A stretch of DNA of 25,988 nucleotides from Tubiluchus corallicola (GCA_030141605.1 JAQGDQ010001773.1:1-25988), one strand, 5' to 3'. Positions 1 through 10,460 are shown, counted from the stretch's first letter. A program made the numbers and translations. The notes: a model not told the origin generated them from the letters alone.

Positions 1-106
1 ACTATCCGCAGTCCGCAAATCTGCACTTAATTCACTATTCACAATCCACAGAATTGGTGCGGATTCCGCAACCGCATGACCGCAAATCTGTTATCCGCCA
101 TCTCTG
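1..106. mobile_element. Terminus of a hAT/Ac-like non-autonomous DNA transposon, truncated by the window edge
   Basis: Ends in ATCCGCCATCTCTG (reverse complement CAGAGATGGCGGAT, similar to CAGGGATG-type hAT TIRs). Clustered subterminal CCGCA/ATCCGC motifs. The other end is not visible. Confidence 0.4.
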
Positions 107-269
107 CATGGTATTGCTTTTGTTGGTTGTTTTGCTGCGTTACGTTCTACTACGGTGTGTCATCGCGTTGCATTACGTCGACAGTGATAGTGTTTGAGTA
201 GCTTATTGCGCTGTTTCATATCCTATTATGTTACATTATTCTTGTTTCTCGTGGGGGATGAGTACTTAC

Positions 270-382
270 CTGCAAGTCGTGAATGTCCAACATCAGCAAC
301 ATCATCGTTGTCATCAATAAATATGCTGCCGCTGTCATAGGTATCATTACTGTCGATGCTGTCTTGACTGTACATTCGCAAA
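270..382 (-). CDS. Internal coding exon (113 nt) of the KIND-domain host gene; LRMYSQDSIDSNDTYDSGSIFIDDNDDVADVGHSRLA
   Basis: Acceptor ttaatttttgcAG and donor CAG|GTAAGT. The frame is open and its phase-2 start matches the phase-2 end of exon 10460-9829 (CG|T = Arg). Confidence 0.75.
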
Positions 383-453
383 CTGCAAAAATTAACAAAA
401 CTTTAATTCATTATTGTCTTTAATAGTATTAAGCAGGCATACTAAGTTTCAAA

Positions 454-2265
454 GTGATTACTATACTGTAGTACAGTAGACTCCCCGTGATTACTATACT
501 GTAGTACAGTAGACTCCCCGTGATTACTATACTGTAGTACAGTAAACTTCCTGTGATTACTAACAGTAAACTCCCCGTGATTACTATCCTGTAGTACAGT
601 AAACTACCTGTGATTACTATACTGTAGTACAGTAGACTCCCCGTGATTACTATACTGTAGTACAGTAGACTCCCTGTGATTACTATACTGTAGTACAGTA
701 GACTCCCCGTGATTACTATCCTGTAGTACAGTAAACTCCCCGTGATTACTATACTGTAGTACAGTAAACTCCCTGTGATTACTAACAGTAAACTCCCTGT
801 GATTACTATACTGTAGTACAGTAGACTCCCCGTGATTACTATCCTGTAGTACAGTAAACTACCTGTGATTACTATACTGTAGTACAGTAAACTTCCTGTG
901 ATTACTATACTGTAGTACAGTAAACTTCCTGTGATTACTAACAGTAAACTCCATGTGATTACTATACTGTAGTACAGTAAACTCCCCGTGATTACTATAC
1001 TGTAGTACAGTAGACTCCCTGTGATTACTATACTGTAGTACAGTAGACTCCCTGTGATTACTATACTGTAGTACAGTAGACTCCCCGTGATTACTATCCT
1101 GTAGTACAGTAAACTCCCTGTGATTACTATACTGTAGTACAGTAGACTCCCCGTGATTACTATACTGTAGTACAGTAAACTTCCTGTGATTACTAACAGT
1201 AAACTCCCCGTGATTACTATCCTGTAGTACAGTAAACTACCTGTGATTACTATACTGTAGTACAGTAAACTCCCCGTGATTACTATACTGTAGTACAGTA
1301 GACTCCCTGTGATTACTATACTGTAGTACAGTAGACTCCCTGTGATTACTATACTGTGGTACAGTAAACTCCCTGTGATTACTATACTGTAGTACAGTAA
1401 ACTTCCTGTGATTACTAACAGTAAACTCCCTGTGATTACTATACTGTAGTACAGTAAACTCCCCGTGATTACTATACTGTAGTACAGTAGACTCCCTGTG
1501 ATTACTATACTGTAGTACAGTAAACTTCCTGTGATTACTAACAGTAAACTCCCTGTGATTACTATACTGTAGTACAGTAAACTCCCCGTGATTACTATAC
1601 TGTAGTACAGTAAACTTCCTGTGATTACTAACAGTAAACTCCATGTGATTACTATACTGTAGTACAGTAAACTCCCCGTGATTACTATACTGTAGTACAG
1701 TAGACTCCCTGTGATTACTATACTGTAGTACAGTAGACTCCCTGTGATTACTATACTGTGGTACAGTAAACTCCCTGTGATTACTATACTGTAGTACAGT
1801 AAACTCCCGGTGATTACTATACTGTAGTACAGTAGACTCCCTGTGATTACTATACTGTAGTACAGTAGACTCCCTGTGATTACTATACTGTAGTACAGTA
1901 GACTCCCTGTGATTACTATACTGTAGTACAGTAAACTCCCTGTGATTACTATACTGTAGTACAGTAGACTCCCTGTGATTACTATACTGTAGTACAGTAA
2001 ACTCCCTGTGATTACTATACTGTGGTACAGTAAACTCCCTGTGATTACTATACTGTGGTACAGTAAACTCCCTGTGATTACTATGCTGTAGTACAGTAAA
2101 CTCCCTGTGATTACTATACTGTAGTACAGTAGACTCCCTGTGATCACTATACTGTAGTACAGTAGACTCCCTGTGATTACTATACTGTAGTACAGTAAAC
2201 TCCCTGTGATTACTATACTGTAGTACAGTAGACTCCCTGTGATTACTATACTGTAGTACAGTAGA
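454..2265. repeat. 33-bp minisatellite GTGATTACTATACTGTAGTACAGTARACTCCCY with interspersed 24-bp deletion variants, roughly 55 units
   Basis: Directly visible tandem periodicity. Short units read GTGATTACTAACAGTAAACTCC. Each full unit contains the palindrome TACTGTA-G-TACAGTA. Confidence 0.97.
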
Positions 2266-2379
2266 GGATACTATTCTTGAGGTGTACGAAGCTTTTTATT
2301 TTTCTAGAGTATAAATTGCATTTTTGAGTTATAGGCAAAGTAAATTATATGTGTTTTGAATAAATGGACGATAATTTTT

Positions 2380-2440
2380 TTTATTTAAGTTAGGTGGAAA
2401 TCTGAGTTATGCGATTCTGAGTTAAGCAATGTTTACTGTA
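2380..2440. mobile_element. Possible right terminus of a Tc1/mariner (pogo/Tigger-like) MITE
   Basis: Repeated TCTGAGTTA motifs ending in GTTTACTG|TA, i.e. a TA-CAGTAAAC terminus on the minus strand. Confidence 0.4.
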
Positions 2441-2797
2441 GTACCATTAACAAGACAGAGAGCTGAATGACTTAATGATATGATGAACGAATAAATGGAT
2501 GAATAATTACAAAAAAGAATGAAATGACAAACGAATGAATAGCGTTATAAACTAAATATTATTTAATTAACTTAATAAATAGCTAAACTGACAACGCTAC
2601 TTGAGAAAAGCTAAAAAAATTAATCACAGACAGAGTATGCCTGCAGAAATATGAATGCAAAGAATAGAAGTACATAATGAAATAATACATATCAAGTATG
2701 CGAAAAAAAACTTGTACAATAACATATATGTCCAATTTATTTCGAACTATTGTAATTACTGAAGAGCAGACTCTTAATGTGATAACACCTAATTTCC

Positions 2798-2938
2798 GTA
2801 ACCTGGCAACACAAAAGAGCATGACATCACAACTTTTGGTAGCTTGGCAACACAAGTTAACATGACAGCAACAGTTTTGTTACCACGGCAACACAAGTCA
2901 CAACATTATCAGTGTGAAAAGAAGTGCTCGTGACATCA
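2798..2938 (+). promoter_or_regulatory. Candidate promoter of the nested BTB gene: degenerate ~41-bp triplication with three RFX X-box-like motifs and two TGACATCA (CRE-like) sites
   Basis: GTAACCTGGCAAC 2798-2810, GTAGCTTGGCAAC 2839-2851, GTTACCACGGCAAC 2879-2892. TGACATCA at 2822 and 2931. The cluster ends about 30 nt upstream of ATG 2967. Confidence 0.45.
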
Positions 2939-2966
2939 TAAAGCAGAAAGAAAAAACTTCACGTTT

Positions 2967-3026
2967 ATGAGCAGCGCAAGGAACGAGTCTGCAAACGGCT
3001 TGAAATTTCCTCCACAGAAAAATCGG
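2967..3026 (+). CDS. Probable first coding exon of the nested BTB-BACK-MATH gene (MSSARNESANGLKFPPQKNR)
   Basis: ATG, 20 open codons, then donor CGG|GTAAGA. Phase 0 matches the acceptor ttcattttacAG|AAG at 4807, which is in frame with the BTB ORF. Confidence 0.55.
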
Positions 3027-3270
3027 GTAAGAAAACCTTCTCTTTCGTTTAAGAGCTGCTAAGTAATTTTTGCAAGGATGTCTAAAGAAACAGTTGCAAA
3101 CATCTAAATCGTTTGAGCGTAAAAAATAGTAAAGAAATAGTGGAAAACGTTTGAATTATTTGAATATAAACGGTGGTGTCCAGACTTGATTAAGTACTGA
3201 ATAGATTAAGCAATTACTTGTGGTGTATTAGTACTACTATTAACCTAGTTGGTCTACATGGTCACTGTTA

Positions 3271-3700
3271 CTCACTTATCGCGGGTGTTCCATTCCAGGC
3301 CCACCCGCGATAAGTGAATTTCCGTGTAGTAGGGACGCTATACTTGTTTTAGTAGTTATACATTATTTTAAGTCTTTATAAACCCTCCCCACACTCCTAT
3401 ACCTAACCCTTTCCCATTTTTTACTAAGTTTTCCCATACTGTACATGTACCTTTTACATTTTACCAGAAGATACATCCTAAAGCTAGAATGATGATGGTG
3501 ATTTTTTATGCAAAATTCATCAAATCTATACATTACTGTACAATACGTACTACGCATGTGCAAAAATACTTTAGACGGAGTCCCGCAAAAACCCGCAAAA
3601 CAGCGAAAATACGGAGATAAATATTTTACACTAATGTTTTTGAAAACCCACGAAACAGCGAGTCCGCGATAAACGAACCGCAAGTAGCGAGGGAACACTG
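3271..3700 (+). mobile_element. Tc1/mariner (Tigger/pogo-like) MITE, copy A
   Basis: Right end GCGAGGGAACACTG|TA. Degraded left end CTCACTTATCGCGGG. Internal hairpin CACTTATCGCGGG...CCCGCGATAAGTG. A homologous copy lies in reverse orientation at 11140-11608. Confidence 0.8.
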
Positions 3701-4206
3701 TATATGAACTGCACCTATGTACTAGCAAGCTGCGCAACTGCTTGTAGTGTAGTACCTTGTACTTGTTCGTTATATGGCAACATGTTACAACTTGTTTCAA
3801 TAACTGCCTGTGGTGTGTTATACAATGCTTGCTTTGCATAAATATGAACGGATTCACATTTTGTGAAGATTGTTTTTCAAATTGCGCGTCTAAAATATTG
3901 TGCCCTAGTCTAAAGTCTAGTTATTGCTTAATACACCCATGAGTATAAAAATACTAACTAGCCATAAACGAGACCGCCCACCATCTGCTGAAGAGTCAGA
4001 CGAGGATAATGTGCAACCTACCTAAGTACTACAATGACCAAACACAATGTACGAACCTAGAAAGCTAGAAAGATCAGGTTGGACACTTTCCAAAAATGGC
4101 AAATAAAGAATCAAGGCACAGATGCAAGTGCTGCAGCAAGCTCAGCCAAACAAAATGTATAAAATGCTACGTGTTCTTATGCTTGCAACAAGATCGTAAT
4201 TGCTTC

Positions 4207-4325
4207 TTGAGATTCCACATGTAAATTCCATGTTGAGATTCCACATGTAAATTCCATGTTGAGATTCCACATGTAAATTCCATGTTGAGATTCCACATGT
4301 AAATTCCATGTTGAGATTTCACATG
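4207..4325. repeat. 26-bp tandem repeat TTGAGATTCCACATGTAAATTCCATG, about 4.6 copies
   Basis: Near-perfect direct copies at 4207, 4233, 4259, 4285 and a partial copy at 4311. Confidence 0.95.
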
Positions 4326-4419
4326 AGTCAGAATTTTGTAATAAATTTACAGGACTTTATTAAATGCATTGAATAAACTTCAGATTTCCAAATGCACAGT
4401 ATTTGCTTTTTATCATGTT

Positions 4420-4591
4420 TAGCAACCATTGAATCCCAATGTATCCCGTGGGATACAGGCCATATTTAGCACACGGGCACAAGTAGAAAAAAATAATTAT
4501 TATGTGTAAACAAGATGGACATACTGAACAAAAGTAGCAAGCCAAAAATGTTTTTGTTATTAAAAAAATAATTTGGGACTGAAAGGGTTAA
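4420..4591. mobile_element. Possible piggyBac-like MITE terminus
   Basis: Ends GGGACTGAAAGGG|TTAA (TTAA-CCCTTTCAGTCCC on the minus strand). No matching second terminus found; the left boundary is approximate. Confidence 0.35.
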
Positions 4592-4806
4592 ATACTTTAA
4601 TTTGATCAGTTCAACTAAAGCCATTCCAGTACAAAACATCGTTTATTGAACTCTAATCCTGATGTCCCAGATGCAAATGTTAATCCCTTGATAAAGTTCC
4701 AACCACTTGTGTGATGAATGCAAAGTGGCCCATGTTCTGGTTATAATCAGCGGCTATTGTCTGCCCCGTTCAAATAGGAAAATTCACAAAATAATTCATT
4801 TTACAG

Positions 4807-6153
4807 AAGCAAAGCGTGACGGATTCAACAAAGGCAGCAGTAGTAGTGATGGGCAGTATGGGAAGGGCTGTACAGTTTCAACAAAACAACCGAGAATGTG
4901 ATAACCTCTCCGAGAATTTCATCCACGCATTCAAGCATGCGATCCTGACAGACGTCACGTTCAATCTCGGTCAGAAGAAGGACGTCCAGCAGACGGTGAG
5001 AGCTCACAAGCTCGTCCTGGCGGTGCAGAGTCCCGTCTTCCAGGAAATGTTCTTCACCGGAGACGGCCGATCCACGCAAGACGTGCTCGACATCACCGAC
5101 ATCAAACCGGCGACGTTTAAGCTGTTCCTCAGCTACCTCTACTGCAATGACATCCGGTTTACCATCACGACCGCGGCGGAACTCATCAACTGTGCCAGGA
5201 AGTACAAGGTGCCCCACTTGGAGCAGAAGGCCACTCACTTCCTGTTGTCATTGCTCAACAAGGAGACGGTTTGCGGCTTCCTCAACATGAGTATCTTGTA
5301 CAATAAAACGGAATTGGCCGAGAAGTGTTGGGACATCATCGACAGTAACGCGAAGGAAATCGTGACGTCGGACGAATTCCTGGAGCTGAGTTACGATGCT
5401 CTGCTGCAATTGGTGCAAAGGGACACATTGCGAATAAAAGAAAGAGATCTATTTGATGCAGCAGTACGTTGGGCAAAAACTGACTGCACGAGGCAAAATA
5501 TGGAACCAACTCCGGAACATCAGCGTCAGGTGCTCTTCAAGGTCATCTTTCAACTCCGCCTGTCCACGATGACGCCAAAAGAATTCGAAGAAGGCCCAGG
5601 AAAATCGGGTCTGCTCACCGGACAGGAACAGCTGAATTATTTCAAGTATAAACACGGAGGACACAACATCCATCCCATCTTCCCCGACGTCCCGAGGTAC
5701 CTGTACCTTGAGTACGCGATAGAGATATCGGAAGTGATCAAACTCGGGGCGGGAGAGGAGCTCTACGCCAAGCCGAAATGCAAACATCCCGACGAACACG
5801 CACACTGGGCCCTTTCTTTAGAGAGGTGCAACAAAGCCAGTTGCGTCAAGCAGACGCCAACTAACGGCCACGGCTGCTGCATCGGCGTTTTCATCGAGAT
5901 CAAGGGTCACCTGAAGGACAAGAACGTTAGCTTGTGCAGCGGTACGACCGTCCAGCTGGTCAACGAGGACAGCGACGAGAACATCACGTACGTGTTCGAG
6001 GTCGACTCGGACGAGGCGTCTCAGGGATGGGGATGGTACGACTTCATATCCAGGCAGAAACTTTTAAATCCGAGCAGCGGATTTATACACGACGGTCGCA
6101 TCATTATAGAGCTGTTCTTAAAAGCTAAATATCAGTGCGAATGTTCCGTATGA
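4807..6153 (+). CDS. Main exon of a nested BTB/POZ-BACK-MATH protein (BTBD1/2/3/6-like N-terminal module with a C-terminal MATH/TRAF-like domain); putative Cullin-3 adaptor
   Basis: Uninterrupted GC-richer ORF of about 445 aa. BTB motifs: TDVTF, AHKLVLAVQSPVFQEMF, DIKPATFKLFLSYLY. BACK motifs: LVQRDTLRIKERDLFDAAVRWA, MTPKEFEEGPGKSGLLT. MATH motif: GWGWYDFISRQKLLNPSSGFIHDGRIIIEL. If unspliced, the first in-frame ATGs are at 4849 and 4858. Confidence 0.9.
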   Translation, partial: KQSVTDSTKAAVVVMGSMGRAVQFQQNNRECDNLSENFIHAFKHAILTDVTFNLGQKKDVQQTVRAHKLVLAVQSPVFQEMFFTGDGRSTQDVLDITDIKPATFKLFLSYLYCNDIRFTITTAAELINCARKYKVPHLEQKATHFLLSLLNKETVCGFLNMSILYNKTELAEKCWDIIDSNAKEIVTSDEFLELSYDALLQLVQRDTLRIKERDLFDAAVRWAKTDCTRQNMEPTPEHQRQVLFKVIFQLRLSTMTPKEFEEGPGKSGLLTGQEQLNYFKYKHGGHNIHPIFPDVPRYLYLEYAIEISEVIKLGAGEELYAKPKCKHPDEHAHWALSLERCNKASCVKQTPTNGHGCCIGVFIEIKGHLKDKNVSLCSGTTVQLVNEDSDENITYVFEVDSDEASQGWGWYDFISRQKLLNPSSGFIHDGRIIIELFLKAKYQCECSV

Positions 6154-6305
6154 ACTAATTATGCTGCTAATTAGTCGTAATTATCGCATGCTTCAATATC
6201 TAGCATAATTGTTTACAAACAAAGTAAAATTGTTGTTTGTTTAGGCAAATATCACAGAAGCTGTGATGCTTACTAATAATAGTATTGTTTTTTCAAAATT
6301 GGTAA

Positions 6306-6391
6306 AATAAAAACTGCTTAGCAATGCCTCGTTATTGAAAATTTCCTGTTGTTATTATAACTTTGTGATTTGCAATAAATTGGGCAATAAA
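6306..6391 (+). terminator. Candidate polyadenylation signals of the BTB gene
   Basis: AATAAA at 6306, 6374 and 6386, 150-240 nt after the stop codon. The AT-rich background makes this weak. Confidence 0.4.
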
Positions 6392-6419
6392 ATTGCCTTA
6401 AGTGGCAAAAACTGATCAA

Positions 6420-7290
6420 CATTTACAGACGTTCTCAAAGCACAAGAAAACCGTTCACTTACATAAAGCTTAAAAATTTGTCTTCAAATTTTATACCACT
6501 TGCCTTATTGCATAAAGGACTTACGCTAGTAGTAATTTTGTAAAAACATGAAAATTTAAACTCCAGAGGGCGTTTATCAGACGCAGTTGTTTTGACGGTA
6601 AGTCATTTAAAATATATTTAGAATAAGCATAAATTTTGAATAAATAATCAGAGCATTCGTAGCATACATGTCACTAACTGAGAAAAATTTTAAATTACTG
6701 CATCAATAAGATTTAAAATAGGTTTTTTTTTTGGTGAGTAAGTTGTTGATGTTGTGGGCATCCTTCTGTCTCGGAAGACAATGGAGTGTGCGCCAAGAGA
6801 GACTGTTATTGATCACATTGATGGAGCTGCAGCGTCGACTGTGGCTTAGCAATCCGATCCTTGAACCACCGGAGTGGCCTCTCCAGGCTCACGCCTGGGC
6901 AAGGTGTACCCAGACAACAGGAACCCCCTCTCTTCCTCACTGGTGTAGTCCAAAGGAATAAGGAGCAATACGTTTGGCACCAGGTTGGCTGCAGGAGCTG
7001 CTGGAGTCAGTGAGCATGCTGTACTGGTCTGCCTTCGGGGCTCCACTCCTGATTTGGAAGGTTTACTCCTCTACACATGGCCGTTGGGTCACTTGACCTC
7101 CTCCGCCCTCTAGCAGTTGGCTGCTTGTGCAGCTCCTCCGCCTAGTGTCGAGATACAGTGTGGGCATCCCTCTGTGTGGGTGAGTAACTGCACACTGAGA
7201 AAGTGAGTCAACAACATTCTGAGCAATTTGCACAAATATATGAAATTATTAGGAATTTTCTTTTCTAGTTACGCAAGTCTTTCAAACAGA
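6420..7290 (+). repeat. Old unclassified interspersed repeat, copy 1, split by the RTE-derived insertion
   Basis: Collinear diverged similarity to the reverse complement of ~19015-19455. Shared blocks: CACTTACATAAAGCTTAAAAA, AAATTTTATACCACTT, AAATTTAAACTCC, GAGCATTCGTAG, TTTAAATTACTGCAT, GTGAGTCA, TTTCTAGTTAC. Confidence 0.75.
6742..7178 (-). mobile_element. Short non-autonomous RTE-clade retroelement (5'UTR-like segment joined to the RTE 3' end)
   Basis: 9-bp TSD GGTGAGTAA (6733-6741 and 7179-7187). Minus-strand 3' end CCATTGTCTTCCGAGACAGAAGGATGCCCACAACATCAACAAC with a short-repeat tail. GC-rich, with no RT ORF. Confidence 0.7.
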
Positions 7291-7385
7291 TAGAGTCAGG
7301 TATAGCATTGTGTGGAAAGTTTGGTACATACTTTAACCTTGCCTCTTCTTCCCCTTTAAATATCTGGCTAAGCTGTGTTACAACT

Positions 7386-7470
7386 GCCTTGTGCTTCATG
7401 TGGTGGGTAGCATGGCGGAAGGCTTGGGTTCGAGTCCGAGAGCGGGCGCAAAACTTTTTTTGCGGGTTTT
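7386..7470 (+). mobile_element. Degenerate tRNA-derived SINE head
   Basis: Pol III B box GGTTCGAGTCC at 7427-7437 with a decayed A-box region upstream. It does not fold as a complete tRNA. Confidence 0.45.
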
Positions 7471-7942
7471 TCTAATTTAGTACTGCCTTTGTGTATTTAC
7501 ATCACTTATCTCTTTCCATGCTAAAATTGTCATTGTTGAAATCAAAAGTACTGTTAAGCAAAATGAAAATGCAGCAGCAAAAATACAAGAAGCCATGGCA
7601 ATTTCAATGACGGTGACAGCTATGATCTTGATGATAACACGTCATCTCTGCCACTGTCACTTTTGCCGACAACAGCTTCCTGATAATATTACACCATCAC
7701 CATCGCCACTACCAGCAGCAGTAGTAGTAGTAGCAACATCAAAAAGAACGGTTCTCACTCCATTTTCTGGGACTTGCAGTCAGCGGGAAGCCAAACTATG
7801 TTTATGCAGGGCTTCTTTTCCAGTGATATCATTGGCCATCACTCCCATATCTTATCTCTGTTGACAAGGAGATGCAGCCACATTATGCAACTGATTCATC
7901 AACATTTAGTCATTTCATTGTGAGTGCAACTCTGTACAACTG

Positions 7943-8480
7943 TATATATATATATATGTTTATTGACTGATTAAGAGATAGTCGAACATGATACTTTAGT
8001 TCAGTCCATAGATCACTACAAAAAAGGACTTTTGATCATATAACATGATCATTTCTGTCAAAAAATAACTGAAGAATTATTTACAACTTCTCACTACACA
8101 CTTACTATCGCCTAACATGATCATTACTGTCCAAAAACAGCTAAAGAGTTATTTACATATTCACAATATGACATTGGGTTTCCATTGAAAAATTCATGCA
8201 AATCGTTGAAGCTCAGTTCAGTGTTATCTTCACGAAGGTGATTAGTAAGTGGACAAAAACAGATAACATGCTCTTTTGTTTGAATGTTTAAGCCAGAACA
8301 GGAGCATAGCCTGTCCTCTCTTTTTATCCTTGCCCATCTTCCAGTCTCAATAGCTAGGTTATGTGAGGAGAGGCGTAACCGAGATGTTTTAATCCTATGG
8401 AGCTCATTTACTTTAACGCTATACATTGCACTGACAGATACATTGTACATGAATCGCGTGCAATTCAATATGATCAAAGA
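7943..8480 (-). mobile_element. 5'-truncated non-LTR retrotransposon (ORF2 C-terminus and 3'UTR; RTEX-like)
   Basis: ORF 8124-8477 contains RLSSHNLAIETGRW..REDRLC.C...EHVICFCP, the C-terminal Cys/His motif of LINE ORF2 proteins. On the minus strand AATAAA is followed by a (TA)n tail at ~7943-7964. Confidence 0.8.
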
Positions 8481-8519
8481 TAAAAAAATTCCAGCAATAA
8501 AATACTAATGCAAACGCGG

Positions 8520-8947
8520 CATGGTGCCAAGAAGGGAGGTTACCGAGACCGAAATTTTACTCAGTGGATATTTTGTTGCTTATATTTCATAAATTATAAA
8601 ATTAAAAATGATTTTACCCAAACAAATTCAAACGTAGTTTGATATTTCGGTTGACTGGGCCTGGAGATACTAAAATTTCACGTTCATCAGCACTGAAGAT
8701 ACGCCACATTGCTATCAAAAACACATCTCAAACTGTTATGTAAACCAAATTTTCACTTTATTTGAACAAGTTTAGCCACGATTTTCAGCGGTTTTTGACA
8801 TCGAGGAGAAAAGAAAAGTAAATTAGATAAATACTAGTAAAACCTCGGAAAAATCCTACGGATAATCTTGGAATTTCGGCAATGAAACCAAAACTTAACT
8901 CAAAGTGCGGTTACCGGCAAACTGAAACGAAAATTTCAACCACTATG
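8520..8947. mobile_element. Possible degenerate hAT-like MITE
   Basis: Imperfect termini CATGGTG / CACTATG with subterminal GGTTACCG and GAAATTT motifs near both ends. No TSD seen. Confidence 0.3.
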
Positions 8948-8993
8948 CTTGATCTGTGAGAAAAGGGAAGCAGTAGAGATACTAGGAGCCTGA

Positions 8994-9487
8994 CAGGGCC
9001 TATTTCAGCCTAGGCGAGCCCCGGGGAAGTGAGGCGTGTGAGGCCCCATCGGGAGGGGGGGCGTCGCCACCATGGTTGGCGCCCAGAAAATTTTTGAACT
9101 GCTAGAACGCCGGAGAAGCATTTTCAAAGAGAAAATATGGAGTTATACAGTTGTTACAGGAAAGAACAATTGAAAGAAAAACTGCTTTATTCTCAAGACC
9201 AAGTATTCTTAATACTTGTCAATACTGGCAAACGGCATGTGTGCGGCAAGAGAGAGAGAGAGGGGAGAGAGAGAAAGAGAGAGAGAGAGAGAGAAAAAGA
9301 GAGAGAGAGAGAGAGACGGAGAGAGTGACGGAGAGAGAGAGACGGAGAGAGAGACGGAGAGAGAGACGGAGAGAGAGAGAGAGAGAGAGAGAGGAGGCAG
9401 TAAAAAATGTTACCTTGGCACGAGGCCCCCCTGGAGGGTGAGGCCCTGGGGAAGTATCCCCATTTCCCCCCCTTGAAATAGGCCCTG
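8994..9487. mobile_element. MITE with perfect 14-bp TIRs (CAGGGCCTATTTCA), hAT-like, containing a (GA)n tract
   Basis: TIRs at 8994-9007 and 9474-9487. The flanks AGGAGCCTGA and AGGAGCCATA share AGGAGCC (imperfect TSD). Confidence 0.8.
9249..9393. repeat. (GA)n microsatellite with GAGACGGA interruptions
   Basis: Directly visible. Confidence 0.95.
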
Positions 9488-9828
9488 AGGAGCCATAGCA
9501 GGGCAAGTTGCATTGCAAAAAAGCAGAAAGGAAAGCTAGACAAGAAATATTAATAAAAACTGTTTACAATGTCAAAGTGTCAGTTGTTTTGGAACAATAA
9601 AACTGGAACAATTATTTTTCCATGGAGCCTTAATTAGAAGAGATTCTAAAACAGCTTCTGTATAATTAAACAAAAACTAGATAAATAAACATACATACTG
9701 TATGCAAAAATGTATAAAAGAGACACATACAATACAGACTTACAAACGCACAAAAGTAGAAATAACGAAAAACACATTTGTAAATTTAGCTAGTATTATT
9801 ATGGATTTAAATTTTCCATTAGTCTTAC

Positions 9829-10460
9829 CGTTTACGTCTCTCCTTTAGTCGCCTATAGATGGCTCTTGCGTCGTCCTCATATTCTGGTAGATCGGTTACA
9901 TTTGATTGGGAAAAGCACAACCGCCGTCTGTCTTGCACGTGATTGGACGGATGTTGCTTGGACGGTTCCACCAGCGGGAGACTAGCGCCTCTCGTGCGGC
10001 CACGCAATGGGCTGGACAAATTACTCTGAAACTGACCACCAGATGGAGCCATGCGTAAGTCTGTATAAGCAGCGTACGGATCCATGTTGGCGCTGTCCTG
10101 AGAAGGCGATCTTTGGCGAGGTCTGCCCACGTTCCGAGGGATCCGTTCTCTGGGAAGACCTCCGCGTGAATCCGAATACTGGCCATGCGGATCATTTGCA
10201 CTGTCGTGAGAGAACACACGAGTCCGCTCTTTCCCTGCTGGCCGACCGTGAACCGGCAGATTAGCGGACTTCATATTCCATGCATTATCCGAGTACCTTT
10301 CCGGTTCCGGATAAGGACCGAGGTGTTGAAGGCTGGACGAAAGAAAATCAATATTGTTCGCATTCACGTCAGCTTTTACAGGCTGAGAAAGTGACGAATC
10401 ACTCCGAGATTTCCGCAACTCTTCCGACGACAGCTCCTCCTTCCTTTTGATGGCCTTTTT
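9829..10460 (-). CDS. Large internal coding exon (632 nt) of the KIND-domain host gene; Ser/Arg/Pro-rich, probably disordered linker
   Basis: Acceptor tctctttttgcAG|AAA (phase 0) and donor ACG|GTAAGA (phase 2). 210 open codons, GC-richer than the flanks; phases fit both neighbouring exons. Confidence 0.85.

Noticed and set aside
429-2147. 572-aa ORF (ITGSLLYYSIV)n and the overlapping 135-aa ORF
   Set aside because: Translation of 33- and 24-bp units that are multiples of 3 and lack a stop in one frame. No unique coding flanks; lies in an intron.
4816-4818. GTG start given by the ORF track for the BTB protein
   Set aside because: Eukaryotic gene. An in-frame acceptor lies at 4807 and ATGs are available at 2967, 4849 and 4858.
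4825-5805. Antisense ORFs of 137 and 118 aa over the BTB gene
   Set aside because: Shadow ORFs expected from GC-rich third codon positions; no recognisable motifs.
7759-7857. Possible extra minus-strand exon (CAACAG acceptor, GTGAG donor)
   Set aside because: Stops in all three frames, and the flanking exons already join in phase.
9137-9543. ER-rich and SL-rich ORFs (similar cases at 11876-12181, 13995-14267 and 20738-20977)
   Set aside because: Translations of microsatellites.
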